64,000 bases of DNA from Octopus vulgaris (Eukaryota). A program made the position numbers and the translations under genes. The stretch is from the NCBI GenBank assembly GCA_951406725.2, contig OX597830.1, forward strand, positions 9,486,001 to 9,550,000, written 5' to 3'. The notes beneath the pieces were generated by a model, which made no database searches, was not told the DNA's origin, and saw nothing but the letters and a program-made list of their open reading frames with translations. Positions 1 through 14,631 of the stretch are shown here, piece after piece (within the stretch, counting starts at the first letter, position 1; each line of letters opens with the position of its first letter).

Positions 1-651
1 AGGAACATATTGTATGATATAGTGTAAGATATACAAATAGACTAGGTGGTCACGACTGGAAAGACTTTTGATCGAAATTCTTGTCGACCGCGATTGAAAA
101 GAATTTAAAACATGACATGGTTGCACGTAATGTCGATTAAAGGAAAGCGGGTGATAAATTTTCGGAAATCTATGTCTATGCAGCAGTTTCAATTCTTAGT
201 TGATTACACGACTAATACACGCGAGAAAAGCATGAACATCTCAACTTCTCAATCAATTTTCACCTAAATTACAGGCCGCTTGCATTTAGCTCAACCAGAT
301 AGAAACATTTTGTCCATTTCACAAGAAGTAATACTCAAACATGAAAAGCAATTTCTTTACAAATATTCGGCCATTTTGTTGGTTGAATTTTTGATCAGTT
401 AGTTCTGGCTATTGGCGAGACAGAACGGACAGTAAATACAATTCTTCTTGTTGGTGCCAACGAACACATTTGCATGTTTACCGTATTCTGAGCCAAATTC
501 TTATGCAATAATTGAAATGATTATTGATGTTCTCACTTGCTTACAGCAATTTCTCTAAAACAGCGTAAGAACTTCAAAGTACCAAAAGCCAGTGAATACA
601 AAGTTTGAAATTTAGTATTTCCATCCGAGATTCCATACAAGAATACAAATG

Positions 652-2288
652 CAGTGAGCTGGCAGAATCGTTAGCATCTCGAATAAAATGTTTTTCGACA
701 TTTGTTCTGGTGTTGTCCTGAGTTCAAATTCCACCGTGGTCGAGTTTGTTTCTTCATGATTCCAGGATCAGTAAAGTAACTGCAAGTTGAGTACAGTGGT
801 CACGGTAATCGATTTGACCCTTCACAGAAATTTCTGGCCATATGCCAAAATTTGAAGTCGTTATAATTAATAAGAATAAAGCGAGCTGCCAGAATCGTTA
901 CAATACTGGACAAAATGCTAGGCGGCATTCCGTCCCTCTTTACGTTCTGAGTTCAAATTCCGCCGAAGCCGACTTTGCTTTCATTCTTTTGGGTCGATAA
1001 AATATGTACCAGTTGAATACTGGGGTTGATGTAGTCTTATATATATATATATATGTACGACGGGCTTCTTTGAGTTTCCGTCTACGAAATCCGCTCACAA
1101 AGCTTTGATCAGTCTGGAGATGTAGTAGAAGATACTTGCCCAAGATGCCACGCAGTGGGAGTGAAAGACGGTCGGAATACCGCTAAATATTGTCCATCGT
1201 GCCAGATCACCGCCTTAAGTGAGGATAATTATTGGTTTTCAATTTTTGGAACAAGGCCAGCAATTTCGGGAGAGGGTGTTAATCGATTAAATCGCCCCCA
1301 GTGGTCATCTGGTACTTATTTTATCAAATCCAAAACGATGAACGATAAAGTCGACCATCGCAGAAAGTGAACTCTGAAAGTAATGACGGACGAAATGCCG
1401 CTAAGCTTTGTCCGCTGTGCCATCGGTTCTACCAGCTCGCAGCCTTAAGTGGAGATGAATATTCTTTTCTTTTCTACTCTAGGCACAAGGCTGGAATCTT
1501 TGGGAGAAGGGGCCAGTCGGTTAGATCGACCCCAGTACGCAACTAGCACTTAAGTTATCGACCTTGAAAGGATGAATTTGAACACAAAGCGTAACGGCAG
1601 ACGGAATAACGCTAAGCATTTCACCCAGTGTGCTCATGTTTCTGCCAACTGTCGATAGATATTACAATATATAATATTCTCTTCAACTCTAGGTACAATG
1701 CCCGAAATTTCTGGGGAGGGGGCTAGTCAATTAGATCGACCCCAGTACGCAACTGGTACATAATTTATCGATTACGAAAACATGAAAGGCAAAGTCAACC
1801 TAGGCGGTGTTTTAACTCAGAACGTAATAGCAGACGAAATACCTATTTCTTTACTGCCCACAAGGGGTTACACACAGAGGGGACAAACAAGGACAGACAA
1901 ACGGATTAAGTCGATTATATCGACCCGAGTGCGTAACTGGTACTTAATTTATCGACCCCGAAAGGATGAAAGGCAAAGCCGACCTCGACGGAATTTGAAC
2001 TCAGGACGTAACGATAGACGAAATACCGCTAAGCATTTCATCCGGCGTGCTAACGTTTCTGCCAGCTCGCTCCTTTTATAAATATTTTTTCCTATTCTAG
2101 GCACAAGGCCCGAAATTTCTGGGGAGGAGGCCAGTCGATTAGGTCAGCCCCAGTATGCAACTGGTGCTTAATTATAGACCCCGAAAGGATGAAAAGCAAA
2201 GTCGACCTCGGCGGAATTTGAACTCAGAACTTAAAGACAGAAGTAATAACGCTATGCATTTCACCCGGCATGCTAACCATTCTGCTAT
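652..2288. mobile_element. Cluster of ~7-8 stacked copies of tRNA-derived SINE family A (both strands) plus a family B fragment (~1055-1160)
   Basis: Repeated motif GAGCTGGCAGAATCGTTAGCA...CTGAGTTCAAATTCCGCCGAGGTCGACTTTGCCTTTCATCCTTTCGGGGTCGATAAA on + (655, 881) and its reverse complement (1230-1446, 1460-1650, 1676-2073, 2088-2288); Pol III box-B-like GAGTTCAAATTCC; central part resembles the Meta-SINE domain (from memory). Confidence 0.85.
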
Positions 2289-2744
2289 GTTGGGATAAAT
2301 ATCACAATATATAATATTGTAAAATACAGAAGCGTATAATAGAATGCAGTTAAATATAACGTCGAGCTGTTCGGTACATTATAGTATTGTAAAGTGTTAT
2401 TGTACGATAGTATGGTACATTCCTGCAGATTAATTTATAGACGGGTACAGTACAATACAATGACCAGCAATATATATGAGATGTTGAAAATAGAGAACAA
2501 GTCATGAATATAGGCTTATATATATATATACTATATACAATACACATACACACACATATGTATGTGTGCGTGTGTGTATAGTATATACACATACGTGTTT
2601 ATGCACGTATAGAAATTTGGAAGGAGGAAATTCAAATAACTGAAAGTAATCCCATATGAATGGAGAAATATTTCACTCTGCCTCTTCTGGTTGTCATGGA
2701 ATCATGAAATAGAGAAATAGGAAACAAGGAAGACTCACAAAAAT

Positions 2745-4190
<1,446 letters not shown>

Positions 4191-4204
4191 CACACACAGA
4201 TGAA

Positions 4205-4510
4205 TGCACGTGGCTTTGTGGTTATGGGTATTCGGCCCACGATTCCAGCTGGCGCGTTGTGTCCTGGAGAAAGAGACTTTATTTCACTTTGGGCCACTCA
4301 ACCCATCTGACGAAAGAGATGTGCTCCTGTGCCTGTATTTCAAAGGTACGGTTTCGTCCCTTTCTGAATCAAACTGAATTTCTTTGAAAACTACGTTAAA
4401 TAGTACTCTTATCTGTGGAGTACTCAGCCACCTGCACGTTAATATCACGAGCAGACTTTTCGTATGATCGGGTTAAGTGGAACGCTCGTCGTCGTGACTG
4501 ACGGAGAGTC
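4205..4510 (+). mobile_element. Diverged SINE family D
   Basis: Head GCACGTGGCTTTGTGGTTATGGGTATTCGG, middle GTGTCCTGGAGAAAGAGACTTTATTTCAC, tail CTGTGGAGTACTCAGCCACCTGCACGTTAATATCACGAGC...CTCGTCGTCGTGACTGACGGAG shared with copies at 19055 and 27551. Confidence 0.7.
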
Positions 4511-4522
4511 AGGCCATTAACG

Positions 4523-4565
<43 letters not shown>

Positions 4566-5267
4566 GCACACACACATGCAACTATGCAAATTCACGTCCG
4601 AGTGCATACACTTATTCGCATTGAACAAGTCCAATCTTCTTGGCTCAATTTTCAGGCTGGAATTTTATAGCGTATAACAAGCGATCTCCCCGGCCACGTT
4701 TGTTATAAGTGTTATCAGAATCTATAGATGAAGGGTATCAGAAAAAGATCACCAGGTTTGCAGGAAACATATGACCTTCTCAGAGACAGAGCTGCGTGAC
4801 CCACTGTGGGCAGAATTACAACTTGAAGCTCCCCATTAGCTGCCAAAAAAAATGGATTCATGATGGCCCACGCAGGAAAGATGCCATAATATCACGATTT
4901 CTGCAGTCCCCAAAACTGGTATTAAAGTCAGAAAAGGTCAAAAGTGGAGAGCATGGGATATGGTTGAAACAGCAGAATTGCGGTTCATGAATCGAGTGCT
5001 GGTGAATGTGGTACCGCGTGGAAGATCTTGTTCGTGTAGCCAAGGTGCAAAGAAAGGACAAGAGGATACTGAACTTGTATAAGGGACCAGCGTCGGTTAA
5101 AGAGGAGGGAGCCATCATGAGTGTGAAGTGGCCACACTTGTTTCACATGAGAAGGATCGGTGGCATGTCAAATTTAATAGCCAAATCATAGGGGAGAGGA
5201 TCTCCACCAGTTAAATTTCTAATTCAGGTAACCCACAATGTGTGTATGCGAGCACGTGCATGTGAGC

Positions 5268-5365
<98 letters not shown>

Positions 5366-5368
5366 TTT

Positions 5369-5420
<52 letters not shown>

Positions 5421-5455
5421 GTATACATATGTATATTCATACACACATACATATA

Positions 5456-5700
5456 TTAGGTTGGTGCATAATTATTGCAGCTTTTTTCAGCAAATTTTAT
5501 TCAACAAAAAGAATAACATGTGACAAAAACATATATGAATGATTATTCCGGAGCATATTCACCATCTACTTTAATTACTGCTTCCCGTTTGCCTGGCAGA
5601 CGCTCAGATACGTCATTTAAAGAAGGTTTTGTTAGATATTGTTATTGTTTTTGTCGAATAAAATTTGTTGAAAAAAAAGCTGCAATAATTATGTACCAAC
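5456..5700. mobile_element. Mariner-derived MITE
   Basis: TIR TA-TTAGGTTGGTGCATAATTATTGC at left and GCTGCAATAATTATGTACCAAC at right; minus-strand internal remnant ERLPGKREAVIKVDGEYAPE* resembles a mariner transposase C-terminus; second copy at 31620. Confidence 0.8.
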
Positions 5701-6670
5701 GACTCATAGTAAAACTCTCTGCAATGGATGTGAAAGATGATCTCTATGGCTATCTGAAGTCCTTCATTCTCGGTCGGAAAAAAACGTAGTTACGGTTCTC
5801 GGACATCATTCTTCATCCTACGAAATGACTTCTGGCGTACCACAGGGATCCGTTCTTGGATCCCTACTGCTTGTTGCATATATTTGCTTCTTTATTGCCC
5901 ACAGAGGGGCTAAACATAGAAGGGACAAAAAAGGACAGACAAAGGGATTAAGTCGATTACATCGACCCCCGTGCGTGTCTGGTACTCAATTTATCGACCC
6001 CGAAAAGATAAAAGGCAAAGTCGACCTCGGCGTATTTTGAACTCAGAACGTAAAGATAGACGAAATATCTATTTCTTTACTACCCACAAGGGGCTGCGCA
6101 CAGAGAGGACAAACAAGGACAGACAAGCGGATTAAGTCGATTATATCGACCCCAGTGCGTAACTGGTGACTTATTTAATCGACCCCGAAAGGATGAAAGG
6201 CAAAGTCGACCTCGGCGGAATTTGAACTCAGAGCGTAACGGCAGACGAAATACCGCTAAGCATTTCGCCCGGCGTGCTAACGATTCTGCCATATATTAAC
6301 GACATAAATACCAACTTGAGGAATGTTACAGTGTTGAAATATGAAGACGGCATTAAGCTGTATCTCGAGATAAAACGAACGTTCTATGCGCTACGGATCT
6401 TTCTTGCAATCAGACCTGGGCACAATGCAATAATAGGTTTCTGACTGACAACTCAACCTAGCTGTGGACAAGTGCATAACAACGCATTTTGGGAGGAAAA
6501 ACCCAGCCTTTACGTATTCCCTCACCAACATCAATCTCAAGAAGTCCTCTGGTGGACGTGATCTGGGTATTACTGTAAACAGCAATCTGCGTTGGACAAA
6601 CCACATCTCTAAGATTGCCAAGAAGACTGACGGTGTTGTAGCATCACACAGTAAGACATTTGTCAGCCAA
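5697..6670 (+). pseudogene. Decayed LINE reverse transcriptase (CR1/L2/Jockey-like) interrupted by a SINE
   Basis: QRLIVKL...SGVPQGSVLGSLLLVAYI | NDI...KYEDGIKLY...LQSDL...DKC...RDLGITVNSNLRWTNHISKIAKK: collinear RT motifs with stops and frameshifts; the YADD equivalent is mutated. Confidence 0.85.
5885..6289 (-). mobile_element. SINE family A dimer inserted in the LINE RT
   Basis: Two tandem A units; 8-bp TSD CATATATT (5877-5884, 6290-6297); removing it restores the RT reading AYI-NDI. Confidence 0.9.
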
Positions 6671-6972
6671 CACTACACCTGATGGCTTTTTTGTCTTAGT
6701 TGTAGTGCACCTGAGCACTGATTACAATAATTTTTTTCATATATATCGTAAGCGAGAATTTCTTCTCTTCTCCTCGGCAACTGCAGTGAATTGCCCATAG
6801 AAGTTAAAATAAGTCAAAAACATATTTTAACTAATCTAATGTTCATTTGCTCCTCATCACTGCTTAGCTGCAATTTCAGTATACATACATACGAAGGATA
6901 AAACAATGCGAAGCGCATTGTGGCTAGCGATGTATAACAACATCCGATAGTCTGGTAAGTACCATGATACCG

Positions 6973-7106
<134 letters not shown>

Positions 7107-7304
7107 GATAAAGGTGGCTTATTCGCAATTTACAACCGAAAGACAGAACTACAGACGTCACAATAATGACTAAGAGTACCATTAAGCACCAGTATTGCTA
7201 GAAATAAGAGTCAAAACAAACCCTTAGCAACGATATATATATGCGTGTGTGTGGGCATATAAAAATGTATATTTGTATCTATATGTATATATATACATAC
7301 ATAC

Positions 7305-7480
7305 ATCGCTTGACAACCGACGTTGGTGTGTTTACGTCCCCGTAACTTAGCGCTTCGGCAAAAGAAAGGGATAGAATAAATATTAGACTTACAAAGAAAA
7401 CGTCCTGGATTCGATTTGTTCGAATATAGCCGGTGCTCTAGCATGGCCGTAGTCAAAATGACTGAAACAAGTAAAAGAAT
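7305..7480 (+). mobile_element. 3' half of SINE family B
   Basis: CATCGCTTGACAACCGA...GTCCCCGTAACTTAGC...GCATGGCCGTAGTCAAAATGACTGAAACAAGTAAAAGA. Confidence 0.8.
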
Positions 7481-7518
7481 ATATATATAGGTATATATAT
7501 AAGTATAGACAGACAGAC

Positions 7519-7581
<63 letters not shown>

Positions 7582-7590
7582 CAGATAGGC

Positions 7591-7631
<41 letters not shown>

Positions 7632-8077
7632 GAGAGTGAGAGTACGGCAGTGATTGACATGTAAATGAACTAATAAATGGAAGAGAATGTTACGTAGAAG
7701 GAATGAGAAGTTTGGTAAGAACAGAAACGCTACAAGAATTCCATAACAACATCGTGTGTGTGTGTAGTGGAGAAGGGTGGTGGTGTTGTTGTTTGCGAGT
7801 GCACCCACCTCTATTTGACCTAGTTTCTATAATGAGATACAGACAAAGGTGTGAGGTGGGGTATAGAGATAAAAAGATGAGTAAGAGAAAGGTAAAGGCG
7901 GGAGGTGGAGGTGAATGATGAGAATGAGATGGAGAAGAGGGTGTGTGGGAGGAGGAAGTAAGTGAACAAGTGGGGAGGGGGCTACTCCAGTATTTGTCTG
8001 AGGAATAGGGTGTGGTTTGGTATATTGTGATGATGTCAACGCCACAATAAATTTGATGAAAACACATTCAGCATTCG

Positions 8078-8510
8078 TAAAGACCCGAATAACACCCTGT
8101 TATGGATGCCCGAACAACACCCAGTCCTGGATACCCGAACGCGATATAGTCTTTGGTTACCTGAACAAGACCCAGTTTTAGATACTCATACAACTTCCGC
8201 TTATGGATACTCGAATAGCGACAATTCCTGGATATTCAAACAACACCCAGTCCTGAATACCTGAACAATAACCAAGTTTAGTTACTTGTCAAACTCTTAG
8301 GTTTTGATACCCTGACAAAATCCTGTTTTCGATACCTGAACAAGCTCCAAATTTGGTTTCCCTGATAACACACCATCTTGGATACCCGAAGAAAACCTAG
8401 GCCTGGATATCCGAACAACACCCCGTTTTGGTTACCATAAACAACGCCCAGTCTTAATAGCAGCCAGGCCTGGATACACGAACAAGAGCCAGTGCTGGAT
8501 ATCCGATTCC
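8078..8510. repeat. Diverged 25-bp minisatellite (~17 units)
   Basis: Consensus ~GGATACCCGAACAACACCCAGTCCT; consecutive 25-26 nt units readable from 8104. Confidence 0.8.
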
Positions 8511-9070
8511 GTCCAAATATGTGACAGTCCAGACACGAATAAAGCGAAAGAAAAAGACCGATGACATGTAAACGAACAAGACAAGAACGTTTTTTTTTTT
8601 TACATTTTAAAGAATAAATGGTAGATTATGTACCTTTGATATCGAATGATGTGAAGGGTTATTGGATGGACATTGGTCTGTAAAGGTGAAAAGGTGGTTT
8701 TGGTGATGCAGTTACCACAGAGAATTACAAGCACTGAGCTTTGTGATTAAAGATGAAATATTGTGTAAGGACGAGAAGCTTGGAGAGCAGTCATGAGTAA
8801 TCTGCGGCCCGCGTGACTTTCTGAATGGCACGCATAACGAAAAATTAACTTTTTCAATAATGATGACAAACCATGTATCTCATGGTTTCCGTTTCTCGAA
8901 ATTAGCTGCCAATGCCTGCCTGTTTTAGATTGGCCTGTAACTCTCAACCACTCTGTTTTCTTCTGTAGCATTGGAATAAACTTTTGTGAAACGAGTGTTG
9001 TGATACACAAACGGTCGAGATTGGGTGGTGATGGAGCGGGGCACGGTTTGATGATATCTAAAGAGTAAAG

Positions 9071-9355
9071 CAGTGGTTCTCAAACTTTTTCAGGCTACCA
9101 CCCGCTTGGCATTTAGTCCACACTCCAAGCGCCTCTGCCCTGCTCACCCCCATAAGCATAGACCACTTTCTGCAGCAAATTCAAAACAACTGTATATCAC
9201 AAATAAAACTTAACCTTGTTAACCCATCGTTTTTTTTTTTTACATCCATCGCCCCTTTTGGTCGCCCCATTATTATCTCTCCTTTCTTCAACTCTACCCC
9301 ACTGGATCTTTCCACTGCCCCCAAGAGGCAGTATTGCCCACTATGTCAACCACTG
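9071..9355. mobile_element. hAT (Charlie-like) MITE
   Basis: Termini CAGTGGTTCTCAAAC ... TATGTCAACCACTG; C-rich CGCCCC subterminal motifs; related element at 18395. Confidence 0.65.
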
Positions 9356-9359
9356 GAGA

Positions 9360-10300
9360 AGGTCTGGTGCTGGAGCCGTAAGTGTTAGATATCAGAAGAG
9401 AAAAGAATGGTTGAAGAGCATTCTTATGGCTGATCATAAAAAGAAATGGGAATGATGGTGGAACCTTGAATATTGGATATACGAAGAATGCAGGGAGATT
9501 TTAGAGCCGTGGATTTCTGCTATTTCAAGAGTAATGAGTGGTATTGGATATCGGAAGATTGATAAGTATTGACAGTGGAACCGTGAAATGTTGGGGTATT
9601 AAATACATGATAAACGGTTGTGGAACCATGGATTTCGGACAACGGAAGAATAAAGTGTGATAATAGCGAAACCGTGAGTAATTGGATGTCAAAATAATGA
9701 TATTGGAGCCGTGGATGTTCGATATCTAATAAGTATGAATAGCGGAGGACTGTGGGTACTGGATAGGGAAATACAGTGAGTGATGATGGCACAGAGGATG
9801 TTTGAAGCTTAAAGAGTAATGAGTGATACTGGTGTCAGAGATATTTAAGGAATAAGAAGCGGTGGTGGTCCGTGAACATGAGATATCGACAGAATAAAGA
9901 CTGTAGTAAACCATGGAAGTAGATAGTAAAAGAATAAAGATTGATATTGGAGTTGAAGATGTTGGCTAACTAAAGATTAAAGAATGACATTGTTACCGTG
10001 GATGCTGGATATTTAATGCGTAAAGACTGGTGATTTATCATAGATGTTACGCATCATAATAATAAAGAGTGATGGTGGAGCAGTGGATATTCGATATCTG
10101 AAGAGTAAAGAGTGATACTGAAGCTGTGTATGTTGATTATTTTAAAAGTAATAAGCAGTGTTGGAGTTGTTGTTGAGTGGATATCTAGAGAATAAAGATT
10201 GTTGGAGGAGCCGTGGATTGTGGAGAATTAAAATACGGTGCTAGAAACGTGCATGGTTGGATATCTAAAGAATAAAGGTGTTAGCGTTTTGGATATCAAA
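9360..10300. repeat. Diverged ~43-bp minisatellite (~20 units)
   Basis: Consensus ~GAGTGATGGTGGAGCCGTGGATGTTGGATATCTAAAGAATAAA; period 43 measured between 10067 and 10110. Confidence 0.75.
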
Positions 10301-10762
10301 ACAAAACCCAGTCTTAATAGCATCCAGGCCTGGACACCCGAACAAAACCCAGCCTTGGATACCCGATTCCGTGACAAATAAAACGAAAGAAAGAGACCGA
10401 TGACATGGAAATGAACAGGATAAGAAAATTATTTTTAAAAAATATTTTCAGGAATAAATAATAAATTATGGACCTTTTACATTTGATGATGAGGAAGATT
10501 ATGGGATTTCATGCATGATATCCGAAGAAGGAAAGTAGTGGTGGATTAATAAATAATTGGAGAGAGACAGAATAGTTGGGTGATGCTGTCTTGGATGTCT
10601 GTATCTAAGGGAAGATAATGGTAAGTAGCAGTAATGGAACTGTTGATAGTTGGGTACCAAAATTGTAATAGAAGAAGAGACTTGAATGATCGAAACTTTT
10701 ATCTTTTACATTATTTACATTATTTACATTTGACAGATATTTGTCCTCATCTTGTTTGTTCT

Positions 10763-10810
10763 AAACATAACATTTCGGCTTATATACCCTCCAGCCTTCA
10801 TCAGGTGTCT
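10763..10810 (-). ncRNA. Minimal type-I hammerhead ribozyme-like motif (partly decayed)
   Basis: Minus strand GACAC-CTGATGA-A-GGCT-ggagggtatata-AGCC-GAAA-TGTTATGTT: both core boxes and a 4-bp stem II present. Confidence 0.6.
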
Positions 10811-10857
10811 TGGGAAAATTTCGAAACTGGGTTCTCATTCCTAAGGTATTTTCGTTG

Positions 10858-10921
<64 letters not shown>

Positions 10922-11240
10922 CATTGAGTGAGAGAGCAGTTCATGCCATCAAAGTGACACTGGGGTGAAACATACGAAGCCCAATATACCCATCATGACT
11001 ACCCGTCTGATAAAGGTACACCAGACACATGCATCACAACCATATAAACGGTCCCTGAATAAGGGTTGTTTAAGGATGTTGAAAGAACCACCCATGTTTC
11101 CAGAGGTGAACTATTCAAACCCCAAAGAATCCCTCTCAACACATGGCTATGATACTCCCCCATTGAGCCGAATATTTGCTGTAGCCCATCTTTTATACCA
11201 AGACAAAACAATGTACATGATAAATTATTATTACTATTAC

Positions 11241-11292
<52 letters not shown>

Positions 11293-11297
11293 TATTA

Positions 11298-11367
11298 TTC
11301 AGGTCACTACTTGGAATCGAACTCGGAATCTTGGGGTTAGTAGTCCGCGTTCTTAACCACTATGCTA
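11298..11367 (-). mobile_element. tRNA-like SINE head
   Basis: Minus strand TAGCATAGTGG (box A) ... GAGTTCGATTCC (box B) followed by (AAT)n; no acceptor stem or CCA. Confidence 0.7.
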
Positions 11368-11371
11368 TAGA

Positions 11372-11586
11372 ACTTTTATCTTTTACTTGTTTCAGTCATT
11401 AGACTGCGGCCATACTGGGGCACCACCTTGAAGAATTTGAGTCGAAGGAATCGACCTCAGTAATTACTTTTTTAAAAGACTCTTAGTTATTCTATCGGTT
11501 TTTTTGGTCGAACCGCTGGGTTATAGGAACATAAACAAACTAACACCAGTTGTCAAGCGGTAGTGGGTGACAAAAACACACACACA

Positions 11587-11619
<33 letters not shown>

Positions 11620-11735
11620 GGCTTTGGTTGGCCAAAAGTACAATAGAAGACAATTGACCATGGTGCCACGCAGCGGGTCTGATCTCGGTACCGTTATATG
11701 GTTATGTAACAAACCTTCTACCACACAGCCTTACC
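11372..11735 (-). mobile_element. Diverged SINE family B
   Basis: Reverse complement of B head, internal (TG)n and tail TGACTGAAACAAGTAAAAG. Confidence 0.75.
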
Positions 11736-12170
11736 TGAGCCAAACGTTAGATATCTAAATTTTTCTCTTCAACCACAACATACCATTCAAAGACAATATT
11801 TATGGACAACAGCTTTGGAAACCATCAACCTACCTATCTACGTTATACATTTACATTTGTACCAGTAATTATTGAGGTACGTATATATAAAAGTTTGAAA
11901 GAATCCGAAAAGATATTTATTTTTTCAGAGAATTCGGATTACGTAATTCCATTCCGTAAGACCAGCGTGTATTTTCACACGTAACACATTGATGTCTATA
12001 TTCTTAGAATGGATGTATTCCTTCGTTAAATATAAACCTATGCCTTATTCTAAGAATGAATACAAAGAATACGAAATAAAATCCAAATATACACCCATAC
12101 GCATAAACATACACACACACACATTACATTCATATACATACATACATACATACATACATACATACATACA

Positions 12171-12254
<84 letters not shown>

Positions 12255-12901
12255 CTCTTACGTACGGATAAATACATTAATGTGTATACGTAGAGACACG
12301 AATTCACACACATATACACACAGGCAAAAACAGACAATATACACACGTACACACACATACACACGTACGCTCGTACGCATGCACACGCACGCACGCACGC
12401 ACACATATATTCATACGCGAAGTATGAAAGCATTATTCCCAATATACTGACGGACTCTGAAATAATTTCCCTACAAAATAATCAGAATATTTCTCACAGA
12501 TTTTCCGTCTTCATTGCTCGGATCTATTCATTCTCACCATAAACAAATGACACCTTGTAAAAGAGATCCACATTTTTTTCTCTCTCTCCCTGTTTTTTTT
12601 TTTTTGCACAAATGAATGACTTCGTGTAGGCAACAACGCCCCTGTAGTTCCAGCTGATACCCAAAGAATTCGTCGAAGACAAGTTCTCTGGGGGTATCGC
12701 AGTGGTAAACCAAGCATAAGGTAAGACTAGATTTCACAACAGAATCCTATTTTACATATTTTCCTGTTCGGAATTCCGATTTCTCCCTTCGGATTTCCTG
12801 TTCTTTAATATTATTTAAGCAAACAATAGATATGAATAAGGATCTTATAAGGAAATCAGTTGTAGGGGACTTCATAACCAGAATCTCTTTTCTCTCTCTC
12901 G

Positions 12902-12978
<77 letters not shown>

Positions 12979-13230
12979 AACACACACATACATATATACA
13001 TACATACACACATGTGTGTGTGTGTATGAATTTGTGTGTATGTGTATGTATATGTATGATGTATGTAACGTGTTTATTTACGTGTGTGGTAATAATCTCA
13101 ATATCTGGATATCTAAGCAAATCTTCTAAGACCACAGAAAATGCATTATATTGTCTTATATGCGATTGAGCATGTGCATGCGCGCGCAAGTGCTCCTGTG
13201 TATTCATGCATATATATATATATATGTATG

Positions 13231-13261
<31 letters not shown>

Positions 13262-13476
13262 TCAAACATGCATAATCGGGTATATGTATTTATGAAAATA
13301 TATATATTTATAAGGATATTTCAATACATTTTATAATGTATGTATATAAATACATGTACCTCCACACACACACACACGTGCACACACCTATTTATAAATA
13401 CACATATAAATATCTATCTATGTATCTACATCTATCAATGGATTCGTGCATCTATATCCGTATAAATGCATTATGC

Positions 13477-13650
<174 letters not shown>

Positions 13651-14009
13651 ATGTAAGTTAGGAAGATTGTGATTGAGTAGGTTGAAAATATTATGGATGC
13701 CACAATAAATATATATTTTGATATTTTGTTAAGGTTTCCCATCCGTTCAGGAAAAAATATTTTTCCATGTATTTTATTTGCGGTGGGTACACAAAACCGC
13801 GAAGTCACCAGTGCTTGAGAAAAGAATTGTACACATACATATTACGTAATACATATATATATATATGTGTGTGTGTGTGTTTCTCGTGTATTCCATTTTT
13901 TCTCGTTGTTTACGTATTTCATGTTATTTGCACCGTTGGTGACACCCTGCATGTTTTTACAGACATACATACATACATGCATGCATACATATAGACATTC
14001 GTACATACA

Positions 14010-14051
<42 letters not shown>

Positions 14052-14230
14052 TGTATATTTATATTTATTATATTATTTATTATATATATATATACATATA
14101 TAATATACTGTTTATTATATATACATATATATACATATACATGGTTTGTCCATAGCACTTACTCAGCTTTACCTTTGGGTCTTATTGACAGCATTACCTC
14201 TCATAATCTCTCTCTCATATATATATATAT

Positions 14231-14631
14231 AGGCGCAGGAGTGGCAATGTCTTAAGTACCTTGCTTCCCAACCACATGCTTCCGGGTTCAGTCCCACTGC
14301 GTGGCACCTTGGGCAAGTGTCTTCTACTATAGCCTCCTGCCGACCAAAGCCTTGTGAGTGGATTTGGTAGACGGAAACTGAAAGAAACCCGTTATGTATA
14401 TATGTGTGTGTATGTGTATGTTTGTGTGTCTGTGTTTGTCCCCCCAACATTGCTTGACAACCGATGCTAGTGTGTTTACGTCCCCGTAACGTAGCAGTTC
14501 GGTAAAAGAAACCTATAGTATAAGTACTAGGCTTATAAAGAATAAGTACTGGGGTTGATTTGCTCGACTAAAGGCGGTGCTCCAGCATGGCTGTAGTCAA
14601 ATGAATGAAACAAGTAAAAGAAGAAAAGAAT
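14231..14631 (+). mobile_element. SINE family B (tRNA head, CORE-like segment, internal microsatellite)
   Basis: AGGCGCAGGAGTGGC...CCGGGTTCAGTCCC...CCTTGGGCAAGTGTCTT...GACGGAAACTGAAAGAA-(TA/TG)n-...GAAACAAGTAAAAGA. Confidence 0.9.

Noticed and set aside
8078-10300. CRISPR-like appearance of periodic repeats
   Set aside because: Units are contiguous diverged tandem repeats without identical repeats and unique spacers; no cas genes; eukaryotic context
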